This document shows, piece after piece, positions 52,252 to 60,422 of a stretch of 64,000 nucleotides of DNA. Within the stretch, counting starts at the first letter, position 1. Every line of letters begins with the position of its first letter. The DNA lies in NCBI GenBank assembly GCA_016217925.1, contig JACRFK010000009.1, forward strand, positions 33,191 to 97,190, given 5' to 3'. The notes below the pieces were generated by a model, which saw nothing but the letters and a program-made list of their open reading frames with translations, was not told where the DNA came from and ran no database searches. Source of the DNA: Candidatus Kaiserbacteria bacterium (lineage in GTDB: Bacteria; Patescibacteriota; Minisyncoccia; Phycocordibacterales; UBA2100). The position numbers and the translations under genes were made by a program.

Positions 52252-52881
52252 CTAAATCATAGATTTTGTTGATACGACCGATTGTATCGTCTCCTCGATA
52301 TTTCGCCAGACCTCTTCGAGCGGCTTGTCGGCGTCAATAATGAAGAAGCGCGGGTATTCAACGATGTGCTTCCGGTAGCCTTCGCGCACGCGCTCGTGGA
52401 ATGCGAGCTCCTCGTTGTCGAAACGGTTGGGCTCCTCGGGGCGGGAGTGCGCGCGGGCGAGACCGATTTCCGGTGACACGTCGAGAAAAATTGTCGCATC
52501 GGGAACGCAGCCCTTGTTGATAGTCTTGGACATCGTAAAAAGAAAATCCCGGTACTCGGGTTTTTGGCGGCCGTACACCTGATAGACCATCGTGGAGAGC
52601 TCGAAGCGGTCACAGACGACCGTTTTTCCGGCAGAAAGCGCAGGCTCGATGACATCGGCAATGAGTTGCGCACGCGCCGCGAGAAAAAGCAGAAGCTCCG
52701 TCGCCGTATCAATTCCTTGCGCCTCTTGCGAGAGCACGAGCTCCCGTATTTTCTCTCCGATGGGGCTTCCGCCGGGGTAGCGGGTGAAAACAGCGTCGGG
52801 AAGCACCGCGTGCAAACGCTCCATCAGCACTGATTTGCCCGAGCCTTCGCCGCCCTCAAAAACGATAAATTTTCCGCGCAT
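52252..52881 (-). CDS. tmk: Thymidylate kinase
   Basis: MRGKFIVFEGGEGSGKS P-loop; DRF/DR motif (CDRFELST). Confidence 0.85.
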   Translation of the reverse strand: MRGKFIVFEGGEGSGKSVLMERLHAVLPDAVFTRYPGGSPIGEKIRELVLSQEAQGIDTATELLLFLAARAQLIADVIEPALSAGKTVVCDRFELSTMVYQVYGRQKPEYRDFLFTMSKTINKGCVPDATIFLDVSPEIGLARAHSRPEEPNRFDNEELAFHERVREGYRKHIVEYPRFFIIDADKPLEEVWRNIEETIQSVVSTKSMI

Positions 52882-52915
52882 GGCTCATTCTACCCCGCAC
52901 CAAAACTCTCAACAA

Positions 52916-53455
52916 TCAATCTTGCAATGGGGTAACAGATTCCGTCGAGTTTGGTACGGGGCGCGCACCCTCAAACTGCTTGCCGATAACGTTGCCCGCA
53001 TGCGCCTTGTTGAAGAGTTTTTCGCTGTCTTTGAGGAGGTAGACGTTCTCGATGCCCGCTTCGATGATGGCATTCCAACAAGGCTGACATGCCCACCAGT
53101 GGCCCCAGAGATACAGGTCGGCGCCGATGGTTTCGTGGCCGTTCTTTAAGGCGTCGGCTATCGCCCGTGGCTCGCTGTGATTCTTGGGGTCGCACCCCTC
53201 GCACAATTCGTAGCCGTGCCCCGTGGGAATTCCACGCCTCACGCGTTCGCAGCCATGCAATTTGTGGTAGTCACTCCCGTTTGCCCCTCGCCCGATTATC
53301 TCGCCGTTTTTTACGACAAGGGAAGCGTTGGGCATCGCCTCGTCGAGCGAGTGTGCGCGGGCCCAGTCCCGGGCCTCTTGCATAAAAGGGTTGTGCGCAT
53401 CCACGTACTTGATGATGCGGCCGGTGGGAAGGTAGGGGTATTCTATTGCCGACAT
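52916..53455 (-). CDS. dCMP deaminase (CMP/dCMP deaminase zinc-binding family, ComEB-like)
   Basis: HSEPRAIADA (H-x-E) and PCWNAI (PCxxC) zinc motifs. Start set at MSAIEYPY. The upstream extension of track ORF 52916..54364 is antisense to thyA. Confidence 0.7.
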   Translation of the reverse strand: MSAIEYPYLPTGRIIKYVDAHNPFMQEARDWARAHSLDEAMPNASLVVKNGEIIGRGANGSDYHKLHGCERVRRGIPTGHGYELCEGCDPKNHSEPRAIADALKNGHETIGADLYLWGHWWACQPCWNAIIEAGIENVYLLKDSEKLFNKAHAGNVIGKQFEGARPVPNSTESVTPLQD

Positions 53456-53509
53456 AAACGCAACTTTACCACAATTGGCGGGGGCACTTCCGCATCGTAC
53501 AATGCCTCC

Positions 53510-54346
53510 ATGACCCGCTTCGACGAGATGTACCAAGGAATGTTGAAGCGCATCATGGAGGAGGGCGTCCGCGAGAAGAATCAGCGCACCGGACACGAAA
53601 CGATAGCGCTGCCCGGAATGCACTTCTCTATAGACATCGAAAAAGAAGGGCTCCCGCTCCTCACGTTGCGAAAGATCCCGGTCAAAATGTTCGTCGCTGA
53701 GCAGATATGGTTTATCTCGGGGGCACGCAAGCCCGCTGATTTCCTGCGCGACTACACGAAGATTTGGGACAGCTTCACGAACCCGGCGGATGTCGTTACG
53801 GTCGCGTACGGATATCGCTGGCGCAAACATTTCGGCCGCGACCAGCTCGGCCTTCTTGTCGACCTGCTCAAAAAAGATTCGAGCTCGCGCCACGGCGTCG
53901 TCGTCACGTGGGACCCCGCGCAGGACGGGCTCGGCGGCATAAAAAAGGCGAACGTCCCGTGTCCGTATACATTTACGGTCAACATCATCGGCGGACGGCT
54001 CCACCTCCACAACATGGTCCGCTCCAACGACATGATGCTCGGTTTTCCGTCGGACGTTGCGGGCTTCGCGCTTTTGCAATGTATCCTCGCGCAAAAACTC
54101 GGTGTCACGGCAGGGGTGTACTCGCACTCCATCTCGAATGCGCACGTATACGATAATCAACTCGAAGCGGTGCAAGAACTGTTGCGTCGCACCAACGACC
54201 ATGCGCCCATACGCGTGACTTTGCCCAAAAACACCTACGACCGCTCGGAGAAGAAGGACAAAAAACTGGTGGACGAAATAGTGAACCCCATCGCCGCACA
54301 ATACAACCCATTGCCGGCCATTACAGGAATGCAAATCGTGCTGTAA
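53510..54346 (+). CDS. thyA: Thymidylate synthase (ThyA) family enzyme with atypical active site
   Basis: Aligns to ThyA over its full length (NQRTGHET; VPCPYTF; VRSNDMMLGFPSDVAGFALL; HVYDNQ). Catalytic Cys and R166/D169 equivalents present. PCH replaced by PCP. Asp at the position of E. coli Asn177. Confidence 0.75.
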   Translation: MTRFDEMYQGMLKRIMEEGVREKNQRTGHETIALPGMHFSIDIEKEGLPLLTLRKIPVKMFVAEQIWFISGARKPADFLRDYTKIWDSFTNPADVVTVAYGYRWRKHFGRDQLGLLVDLLKKDSSSRHGVVVTWDPAQDGLGGIKKANVPCPYTFTVNIIGGRLHLHNMVRSNDMMLGFPSDVAGFALLQCILAQKLGVTAGVYSHSISNAHVYDNQLEAVQELLRRTNDHAPIRVTLPKNTYDRSEKKDKKLVDEIVNPIAAQYNPLPAITGMQIVL

Positions 54347-54357
54347 ACTGTACGACC

Positions 54358-54996
54358 ATGGCAATACTGACCAAAGACGAGATATTGGCGCGCGTAAAGA
54401 AGGGCAACATTGAATTCAAGCCCGGCCTCGACCGTTTCCAACTGCAGATGCATGCGGTGGACCTACGGCTCGGATTTACATTCCTGATACCCAAGGCCTG
54501 GAAGATGACCGCGAAGGGGAGGCAAGCGCTCAGTCTCGACCCGCTCAAGGACCACGGGCCCGAATATTTTGACGTCATCGAGCTCGAACAAGGTCAGTGC
54601 TTCGAACTCCTTCCGCAGGAATACGTACTCGTATCGACATTCGAGACGATAAAAGTGCCCAATGACCTGATGGCAGTTCTTTATCCGCGCTCGTCGGTCA
54701 ACCGCAAAGGGCTTTCCGTCGACCTCACGGGAATCATCGATTCGGGTTATGAAGGACCGCTCACGCTTCCCATCCGCAACAATACGAATTCCCAGGTCAT
54801 CCAACTGCACCCAGGCGAGCGTTTCTGCCAGATTGTCTTTGAAGAGCTCACGCACAAAGTGGAGCCAAAGAAATCGCGTTGGCACCAGAAGGATGTCGTG
54901 GAGAAGGGCAAGAAAGAAAAAGCGGCGGAAATGAAACTCGTATTTAACGGCGACCTCAAAAAATTGAAAAAGGATTTCTCCGCTACCGACCAATGA
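54358..54996 (+). CDS. dcd: dCTP deaminase (dUTPase-fold)
   Basis: N-terminal MAILTKDEIL. Typical dcd length 212 aa. GIIDSGYEGPLTLPIRN motif (dUTPase motif III-like). Confidence 0.7.
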   Translation: MAILTKDEILARVKKGNIEFKPGLDRFQLQMHAVDLRLGFTFLIPKAWKMTAKGRQALSLDPLKDHGPEYFDVIELEQGQCFELLPQEYVLVSTFETIKVPNDLMAVLYPRSSVNRKGLSVDLTGIIDSGYEGPLTLPIRNNTNSQVIQLHPGERFCQIVFEELTHKVEPKKSRWHQKDVVEKGKKEKAAEMKLVFNGDLKKLKKDFSATDQ

Positions 54997-55731
54997 GATG
55001 ACATCTCATTGTGTTATGCTAGGTCAATGGCAAATCGCCCGCCATTCGAGATAGAGGAGTGGTACCACTGTTTCAATCGAGGGGTTGAAAAGCGGAAAGT
55101 CTTTGAAGATGAAAATGACGCGAAGCGATTTCTGATGTTGCTATACCTCGCGAATGGCACGGCGCCGATTGAGATTTTTAATGATCCCAAACCCTCACTC
55201 AAAAAAGTCTTTGAAACAGACCGCGGGGACCCCGTTGTTGGAGTGGGCGCGTTCTGTCTCATGCCAAACCACTTCCATCTCTTATTGAAAGAAACGACGG
55301 AGGGAGGAATTAGTTCCTTTATGAAAAAAGTCGGTATCGCCTACGTGATGTATTTTAACGCCAAGAACGAGCGTGTCGGGAACCTTTTTATAAAACCTTT
55401 CCGCTCTCGGCATATTGCAACTGATAGTTATTTTCAACACGTTCTCCAGTACATACATTGCAACCCGGCGGAGTTGTATGAGCCGGGCTGGAAAGAGGGC
55501 AAGGTTCGGAGTATGCGTTCTCTGGAAAACAAACTTCTGAACTATCCCTACTCAAGCTTCGCAAGCTATGGAGAGAGAAAGGCCATCAGCCCTATTCTTT
55601 CTGCAGATGGATTTGACGTTGCGAATCAGTTGCCGGTCTCTCGTATGCTCGAAGACGCGAGATCCTATTACGCGCAAGTCGCTCAGGAACGATTCGAGAA
55701 GTAGTCCAAAACAATGAGATGACATCTCATT
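54992..55731 (+). mobile_element. IS200/IS605-family element (tnpA only) bounded by identical 19-nt perfect palindromes
   Basis: aatgagatgacatctcatt + gtgtt at 54992-55015 and again at 55713-55736, flanking a HuH Y1 transposase gene. Inserted between dcd and folA. Confidence 0.7.
55009..55704 (+). CDS. tnpA: IS200-like HuH Y1 transposase
   Basis: WYHCFNRGVEK. CLMPNHFHLLL (HuH). Conserved C-terminal Tyr region. Paralog of 30544..31242. Confidence 0.75.
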   Translation: MCYARSMANRPPFEIEEWYHCFNRGVEKRKVFEDENDAKRFLMLLYLANGTAPIEIFNDPKPSLKKVFETDRGDPVVGVGAFCLMPNHFHLLLKETTEGGISSFMKKVGIAYVMYFNAKNERVGNLFIKPFRSRHIATDSYFQHVLQYIHCNPAELYEPGWKEGKVRSMRSLENKLLNYPYSSFASYGERKAISPILSADGFDVANQLPVSRMLEDARSYYAQVAQERFEK

Positions 55732-55760
55732 GTGTTTTCTGTAGATGCTATATTTTCTAA

Positions 55761-56267
55761 ATGAATAAGCCTTCGATCTGCGCGGTGGTCGCGATAGGGA
55801 AAAATCGGGAGCTGGGAAAAGAGGGGAAACTGCTTTGGCACATTCCCGACGACCTGAAGCGTTTCAAAGAATTGACGCTCGGGCGTCCCGTCATCATGGG
55901 TCGCAAGACTTTTGAATCCATTCTCGGCTATACGGGCGGCAAGCCGCTTCCAGGGCGCACGAACATCATCGTCACGCGCGACGCCGGGTGGAGGTATGAG
56001 GGGGTCATCGTTGCGCCGTCGCTCGAAGATGCTCTGGAAAAAGCCAAACGACTCGACGCTGAAGAGATACACATCGGCGGCGGGGCGCAAATCTATGAAC
56101 AAGCCTTGCCGTACATCACCAAGCTCTACCTCACGCTCGTAGACGACACAAAAGAGGCCGACACCTTTTTCCCCGCGTATGCCGATGAGTTTACAAAAAA
56201 AGTATTTGAAGAAGAGAGGGAATGGAACGGATTGAAATATTCGTGGGTGGATTTGGAGAGGGTATAA
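55761..56267 (+). CDS. folA: Dihydrofolate reductase
   Basis: ICAVVAIGKNRELGKEGKLLWHIPDDLKRFKELTLGRPVIMGRKTFESI: canonical DHFR N-terminal motifs. Confidence 0.85.
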   Translation: MNKPSICAVVAIGKNRELGKEGKLLWHIPDDLKRFKELTLGRPVIMGRKTFESILGYTGGKPLPGRTNIIVTRDAGWRYEGVIVAPSLEDALEKAKRLDAEEIHIGGGAQIYEQALPYITKLYLTLVDDTKEADTFFPAYADEFTKKVFEEEREWNGLKYSWVDLERV

Positions 56268-56286
56268 AAACGAACGGGGCGGCTTT

Positions 56287-56871
56287 TCATGGGCCGCCCC
56301 GGTTAACAAGGTGCTTCGGATCGAGTTGCTTGGGATCATTTGGGAATAGTGCTAGGAACGCTGAGACCCGTTTCTCAAGGAGCTTTTTCCGGTTCGTAGG
56401 ATGGTTGAACCTCAACCATGTATCAGCCGTGAGGGGACTTTCCGGATCCTTCAGTTCCCGCCGGTACTCGTACCGACAGAATCCGCAGGACACGGTCACT
56501 CCCTCTTTGAAATAGCCACTGAAGTCATCCGCTTGCGGCGGCGCTTCGATGACCATGCCGATGATTCGGCTTTTCATCTTTCGTGCCATCTTGATGCCGA
56601 ACATCTCGGCACAGTGATCGGGACACATATGCTGCCGCGGCCCGACCCGCTCTTTGAAGTTGCTTGCGCCGATACACGCGAGTTCGCGCTTCGGCGTGAG
56701 CACGACGAGCCCCGCTCCGACGTCGAATGGCTTATCCGGCCTCGGAGAGAATGCGTCTTGTCGCTGTCCGTGGGCGATTTGCCCGAGCAGTCGCTTCTTG
56801 AGCTTCCAGATCCTGTCCAGGTCCATCGGTTCGACTAGAGCGAGCCGATGTATTTGATGGATTCTGACCAT
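56287..56871 (-). CDS. Hypothetical Cys/His-containing protein, last gene of the GTP-cyclohydrolase operon
   Basis: 194 aa. HMCPDHC and SCGFCRYEY motifs. No family recognised. Separated by 13 nt from the upstream RibA-like gene. Confidence 0.45.
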   Translation of the reverse strand: MVRIHQIHRLALVEPMDLDRIWKLKKRLLGQIAHGQRQDAFSPRPDKPFDVGAGLVVLTPKRELACIGASNFKERVGPRQHMCPDHCAEMFGIKMARKMKSRIIGMVIEAPPQADDFSGYFKEGVTVSCGFCRYEYRRELKDPESPLTADTWLRFNHPTNRKKLLEKRVSAFLALFPNDPKQLDPKHLVNRGGP

Positions 56872-56884
56872 TTGACAGTCCTCC

Positions 56885-57448
56885 TCACGCGCTGGCGGTT
56901 GACGGTTGCCACGTATGCGACGGCTTTGCGAAGCAATACTCCTGAGTGACCGTAAAGCCGCCTTTCTCTACGGCTTGACGTTTTCCGTCGTTGCAGCTCA
57001 ACAATCGGATTTGTCTTGAGACCTGCAAGTCCCGCAAGATTGCGACTTCCTCGTCGTAACCGCGGAAGTCGTTGCTCTCGAGGCCGATGGCAGAGAGATC
57101 CTCGGCACTATCGCATCCCGTTTCTTGTCTGTTGGCCATGGCCAACGTCTTAGTCACGAGATCGACGCCGCGACCTTCTTTGTGCGGCGCGTAAACGAAC
57201 ACGCCGTGTTGTGCGCCGGCGATTACTCGCAACGCATCATCGATTTCTTGACGGCAGTCGCAGTCCGCCGAGTGGAAAACGGTGGCGTACACGCATCCGG
57301 ACTGGATCCGGACGAACGGGTTACCCGTGGTTACGTCGCCACAGGTGACACACGCGTAGTCGTGGCCGCCGATTTTGTAGGCGGTGCAAGCGAAGTTGCC
57401 GTACTTGGTTGTCGGAAGTTTGGCTTGCGCCCGGGCTTTGATCAACAT
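56885..57448 (-). CDS. GTP cyclohydrolase II (RibA)-family protein
   Basis: AKLPTTKYGNF..GHDYACV.GD; VRIQSGCVYATVFHSADCDCRQEID (three Zn-ligand Cys in RibA spacing); HKEGRGVDL; RLLSCNDGK. Aligns along the whole of E. coli RibA. Confidence 0.7.
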   Translation of the reverse strand: MLIKARAQAKLPTTKYGNFACTAYKIGGHDYACVTCGDVTTGNPFVRIQSGCVYATVFHSADCDCRQEIDDALRVIAGAQHGVFVYAPHKEGRGVDLVTKTLAMANRQETGCDSAEDLSAIGLESNDFRGYDEEVAILRDLQVSRQIRLLSCNDGKRQAVEKGGFTVTQEYCFAKPSHTWQPSTASA

Positions 57449-57460
57449 CAGTCATCTCCT

Positions 57461-58249
57461 TCAATTTACAGGTTGAAGTTCCCGCTGCGCCTCGTACTTT
57501 CGAAGAAGCGAGTCGGTAGCTTGAACGTACCGGATAGCCTTCCTCATATTGAGGAGGTCAGCCGGAAAATCACGCAGCTTTGATTCTGCGTCCGTACTTA
57601 GAGCGAACTGCCGAAGTAGGTCACTCAGACTTTCTTCCACGTTGTCACCATGAAGGCCGCCGGCAGCCACGAGACCGACATTCGGCAGTAGCTTCTCGAT
57701 TGCCTCGTAGGTGCGACGCGTAAAGTCCACGTTAATGTCCTTGCCTTCGCCTGCGCTCGGGTCAAGGATAACGCGGTCGAAGGTATCGCCGTACAACGCA
57801 AGCCGCCGCGCGACCGCCTTCGGCTCCCAGTTCACGGCGTCGAGTGACTCCTCTTGCAGTGCGATGGTGACGCACGCTCCAGGGTAACGTTTCTTATATT
57901 GGACGAGCGCTTTCGCACTCGGCCACATCGTGTTGAGCTGGAAGCCGTGAAAGCACGGCCCTGCCGCTTCGTGCGCCCTGCTCAGGTTCTCGAATAGATC
58001 GAACCCGGCATCCGGGTGGATATGCAGGACATTAAGCACATTGTTGTACGGAAGAAAGATTTCCGACAGACGTGATGTGGACGGACAGCGATTAGGCCAT
58101 TTGAATGGCTTCCAATCCGAGGGTTTCCCGTGAATGCCGCAGCCGACCATCAAGAGTCGATCGGTAGGCAGTGCCGCACGCACGGCACCCACCTGAGCAC
58201 CGGTTTCGAAACCGGTGATACCGACGTATGATTCTGGCCTCATGGCCAT
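57461..58249 (-). CDS. Phosphoribosylanthranilate isomerase (TrpF)-like TIM-barrel isomerase
   Basis: YVGITGF (cf. KICGI). DPSAGEGKDINVDFT (cf. D.G.GGSG..FDW). VGLVAAGGLHGDNVEE (cf. LAGGL..DNV). ALSTDAESK (cf. G.D.NS..E). Confidence 0.55.
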   Translation of the reverse strand: MAMRPESYVGITGFETGAQVGAVRAALPTDRLLMVGCGIHGKPSDWKPFKWPNRCPSTSRLSEIFLPYNNVLNVLHIHPDAGFDLFENLSRAHEAAGPCFHGFQLNTMWPSAKALVQYKKRYPGACVTIALQEESLDAVNWEPKAVARRLALYGDTFDRVILDPSAGEGKDINVDFTRRTYEAIEKLLPNVGLVAAGGLHGDNVEESLSDLLRQFALSTDAESKLRDFPADLLNMRKAIRYVQATDSLLRKYEAQRELQPVN

Positions 58250-58397
58250 CCTCCTCTGTTTGTTACTCTATTACTTTAGGCGATGGTGTAAGCATCGCAC
58301 CGTAGCGAATATAAACATAAATATATAGCGATGTCAAATAAAAAGATGAGCTCCCGGTTTGCACCGGGAGCCCGTTTGTTGTGGATCGACGCAAAGA

Positions 58398-59684
58398 TCA
58401 GGTGAGAAAAGTTCGGCCGCGCACCTCGTCCAATTTGGTGACGTTCGATGTCACGTCCATGGTGAAGTAACCGTCGGCCTTCTTCGCCTCGATTTCAACA
58501 TGAGCGTCGGCCGGGATGAGTTCCGCGGGGATCTCGATCCGTTCGATCACCTCGATGCCACTGCGTATAATGGCGTCGTATTTGTCGTTGGACATGCTCA
58601 CCAGCCTGATTCTGTGAAGACCGAGCCAGTGAAGTGGATCGGGCATGAACTGCTGGAAGCGCGCGTCCCGGAAGCCGGCCACTTGCTCAGTGCAAGCGAA
58701 GTACTGGGCAGCGGTGTCGCCGCCAGGCTGACGCTTCCTGCGGTTGTACACCATCAGTTTCGTAACTGCGCCGAGGCCACGTCCCTCCTTGTCGAAGTAG
58801 ACGATGACACCGACGCCGCCCTGTTGAGCGCAACGGACGCATTCCTCGAAGGCGTGCGTCAGATACGGGCGACAGCAGCAGACGTCGCTACTCAGCACAT
58901 CCGATCCGATACAGGCATCGTGCACGCGCACGGTGACCGTTGTTTTTGGGTCGGACAGTTTCTTCGCGTCACCGAAGATGATCACGAGCGTTTGCCCGAT
59001 AGGTGGCAAGAAAACCTGCAAGTCCCTTCTCGTCACAAGATCAGGGAACATGCCGCCGGTCTGTTCGACCAGCGTACGCCGCAAATCGAGCTCACTAATT
59101 CCGAGCCGATCCGCGACGCCAGGCAGGTGCCATACCGGATCGATCGCGATTTCGGTAACGGGACAGGCGTATGAGACCCTGCCCGTTGCTTCACCGTTGC
59201 GACGCTCATCTTCCGCTTTGAGGATTGAGCCGTCAACTTCCAGTCGGCCGGCGATGACCGCTTCGCGGATCTCGAGTGGACGAATGTACGCCCGAGTGAC
59301 AGCGATTGTCGGACGAATGTCGTATCCGCCCGCGATGAGGTCGGCGAACGTCTCGGTGACGTTCGCGCCGAACGGATCCAGCGTCACGATCTTTCCGGGT
59401 TCGAACCATTGCGGGAACGGCCCGATGACATCGGTCGGATACGTATCGTACAGATCCGGTTTCTTGGTCGGGTCGTACATCCCTGCAGCTACGGCCATGC
59501 TCCGGCTCAGCGAGAATTGTCCCCCATGAACACCCAGCACATTGCGGCGCTGAGGATCTGAAAGTGTCGCGATGATGGGGCCACGTTTGGCCGGGTCAGT
59601 TGCGCCCCAAAGGATTGGTAGAGGATTGGTCTCATGTGATGCAGGGTCTGATGCCCCGGCATTCACTACAGGTTTATTATTCAT
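58398..59684 (-). CDS. Two-domain GTP cyclohydrolase: N-terminal GTP_CH_N-like domain fused to a RibA-like domain
   Basis: C-terminal TVRVHDACIGSDVLSSDVCCCRPYL...DKEGRGLG (RibA-like Zn/active-site region). ~250-aa N-terminal domain, as in the Streptomyces-type FAPy-forming GTP cyclohydrolase III-like enzymes. First gene of a four-gene minus-strand operon. Confidence 0.6.
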   Translation of the reverse strand: MNNKPVVNAGASDPASHETNPLPILWGATDPAKRGPIIATLSDPQRRNVLGVHGGQFSLSRSMAVAAGMYDPTKKPDLYDTYPTDVIGPFPQWFEPGKIVTLDPFGANVTETFADLIAGGYDIRPTIAVTRAYIRPLEIREAVIAGRLEVDGSILKAEDERRNGEATGRVSYACPVTEIAIDPVWHLPGVADRLGISELDLRRTLVEQTGGMFPDLVTRRDLQVFLPPIGQTLVIIFGDAKKLSDPKTTVTVRVHDACIGSDVLSSDVCCCRPYLTHAFEECVRCAQQGGVGVIVYFDKEGRGLGAVTKLMVYNRRKRQPGGDTAAQYFACTEQVAGFRDARFQQFMPDPLHWLGLHRIRLVSMSNDKYDAIIRSGIEVIERIEIPAELIPADAHVEIEAKKADGYFTMDVTSNVTKLDEVRGRTFLT

Positions 59685-59836
59685 CTTACACGTCCCTTCA
59701 ATGCTCTCTCATGAGAGCGGTTGCATTTTTATGGCAGAGCCATAAGCCACTTTTAGAGCCGAAAAGTTGGCGAACGGCACTAAGTGAAGATTATACGATT
59801 AAAAGCTCTACTGTCAATAATCATACATACCGTTAT

Positions 59837-59880
59837 TAAAAAAAGAACGCCTCGCCGATACGAAGACCAACGAGGGTTCT
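59837..59880 (-). terminator. Rho-independent terminator (minus strand) after gene 59897..60358
   Basis: Minus-strand reading: agaaccctcg-loop-cgaggcgttct followed by ttttttt (plus-strand a-run 59837-59844). Confidence 0.55.
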
Positions 59881-59896
59881 TCCATCAAGCGAAGCG

Positions 59897-60358
59897 TTAT
59901 AAGCCGGCTTTCCAGCTGGCGAAGGTGACGATGCCGGCGCCGATGAAGGCGACAGCGTGCCATCCGTTCAGTGGATTGCCACCATACAGTTTCATGACGA
60001 AGATTGTAACCACCTGCGCCATGAGGCAGATCAGGAAGTAATCGGGGTACTTTCCCGCAGGGGCAGTCAGGAATATGAGCAACGCCATGCAGCTCGTTCC
60101 CAAGAGCGAGATTACGCCGCCGAGAACGACCAGCCGGTACGAGCCTGGTGCCATTCCCGTCGGCCACCCACCTTGCCAGATCACTAGCGGAATCATCAAA
60201 ACAGCATAGACGATTCCGACCATCATCATGGAAGCACCGACAGGCATTTTGCTTGCCTCAATCGGGGCCGGCCATGTTACGAAGCATACGGCGATCAGTA
60301 TGCTGAGTGCGGGCAAGAAAAACGGCGCCGCCATTAGAGAAGCGAGCAGGTTTGTCAT
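59897..60358 (-). CDS. Hypothetical polytopic membrane protein
   Basis: Start moved to the Met (MTNLLASLMAAPFF) with a GGGAGG RBS 7 nt upstream. Five hydrophobic helices. Confidence 0.5.
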   Translation of the reverse strand: MTNLLASLMAAPFFLPALSILIAVCFVTWPAPIEASKMPVGASMMMVGIVYAVLMIPLVIWQGGWPTGMAPGSYRLVVLGGVISLLGTSCMALLIFLTAPAGKYPDYFLICLMAQVVTIFVMKLYGGNPLNGWHAVAFIGAGIVTFASWKAGL

Positions 60359-60422
60359 CGGTGTCCTCCCGAGTTGGAATTCAAGGAACGTATGGGAACA
60401 ATAGTACAATAATAGTGTCTTG

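Noticed and set aside
53456-54364. Upstream extension of minus-strand track ORF 52916..54364 (482 aa) and the 5' extension of 53177..54346
   Set aside because: The deaminase homology occupies only the last 180 codons. The extension is antisense to the ThyA-family gene. ThyA homology begins at MTRFDEMY (53510).
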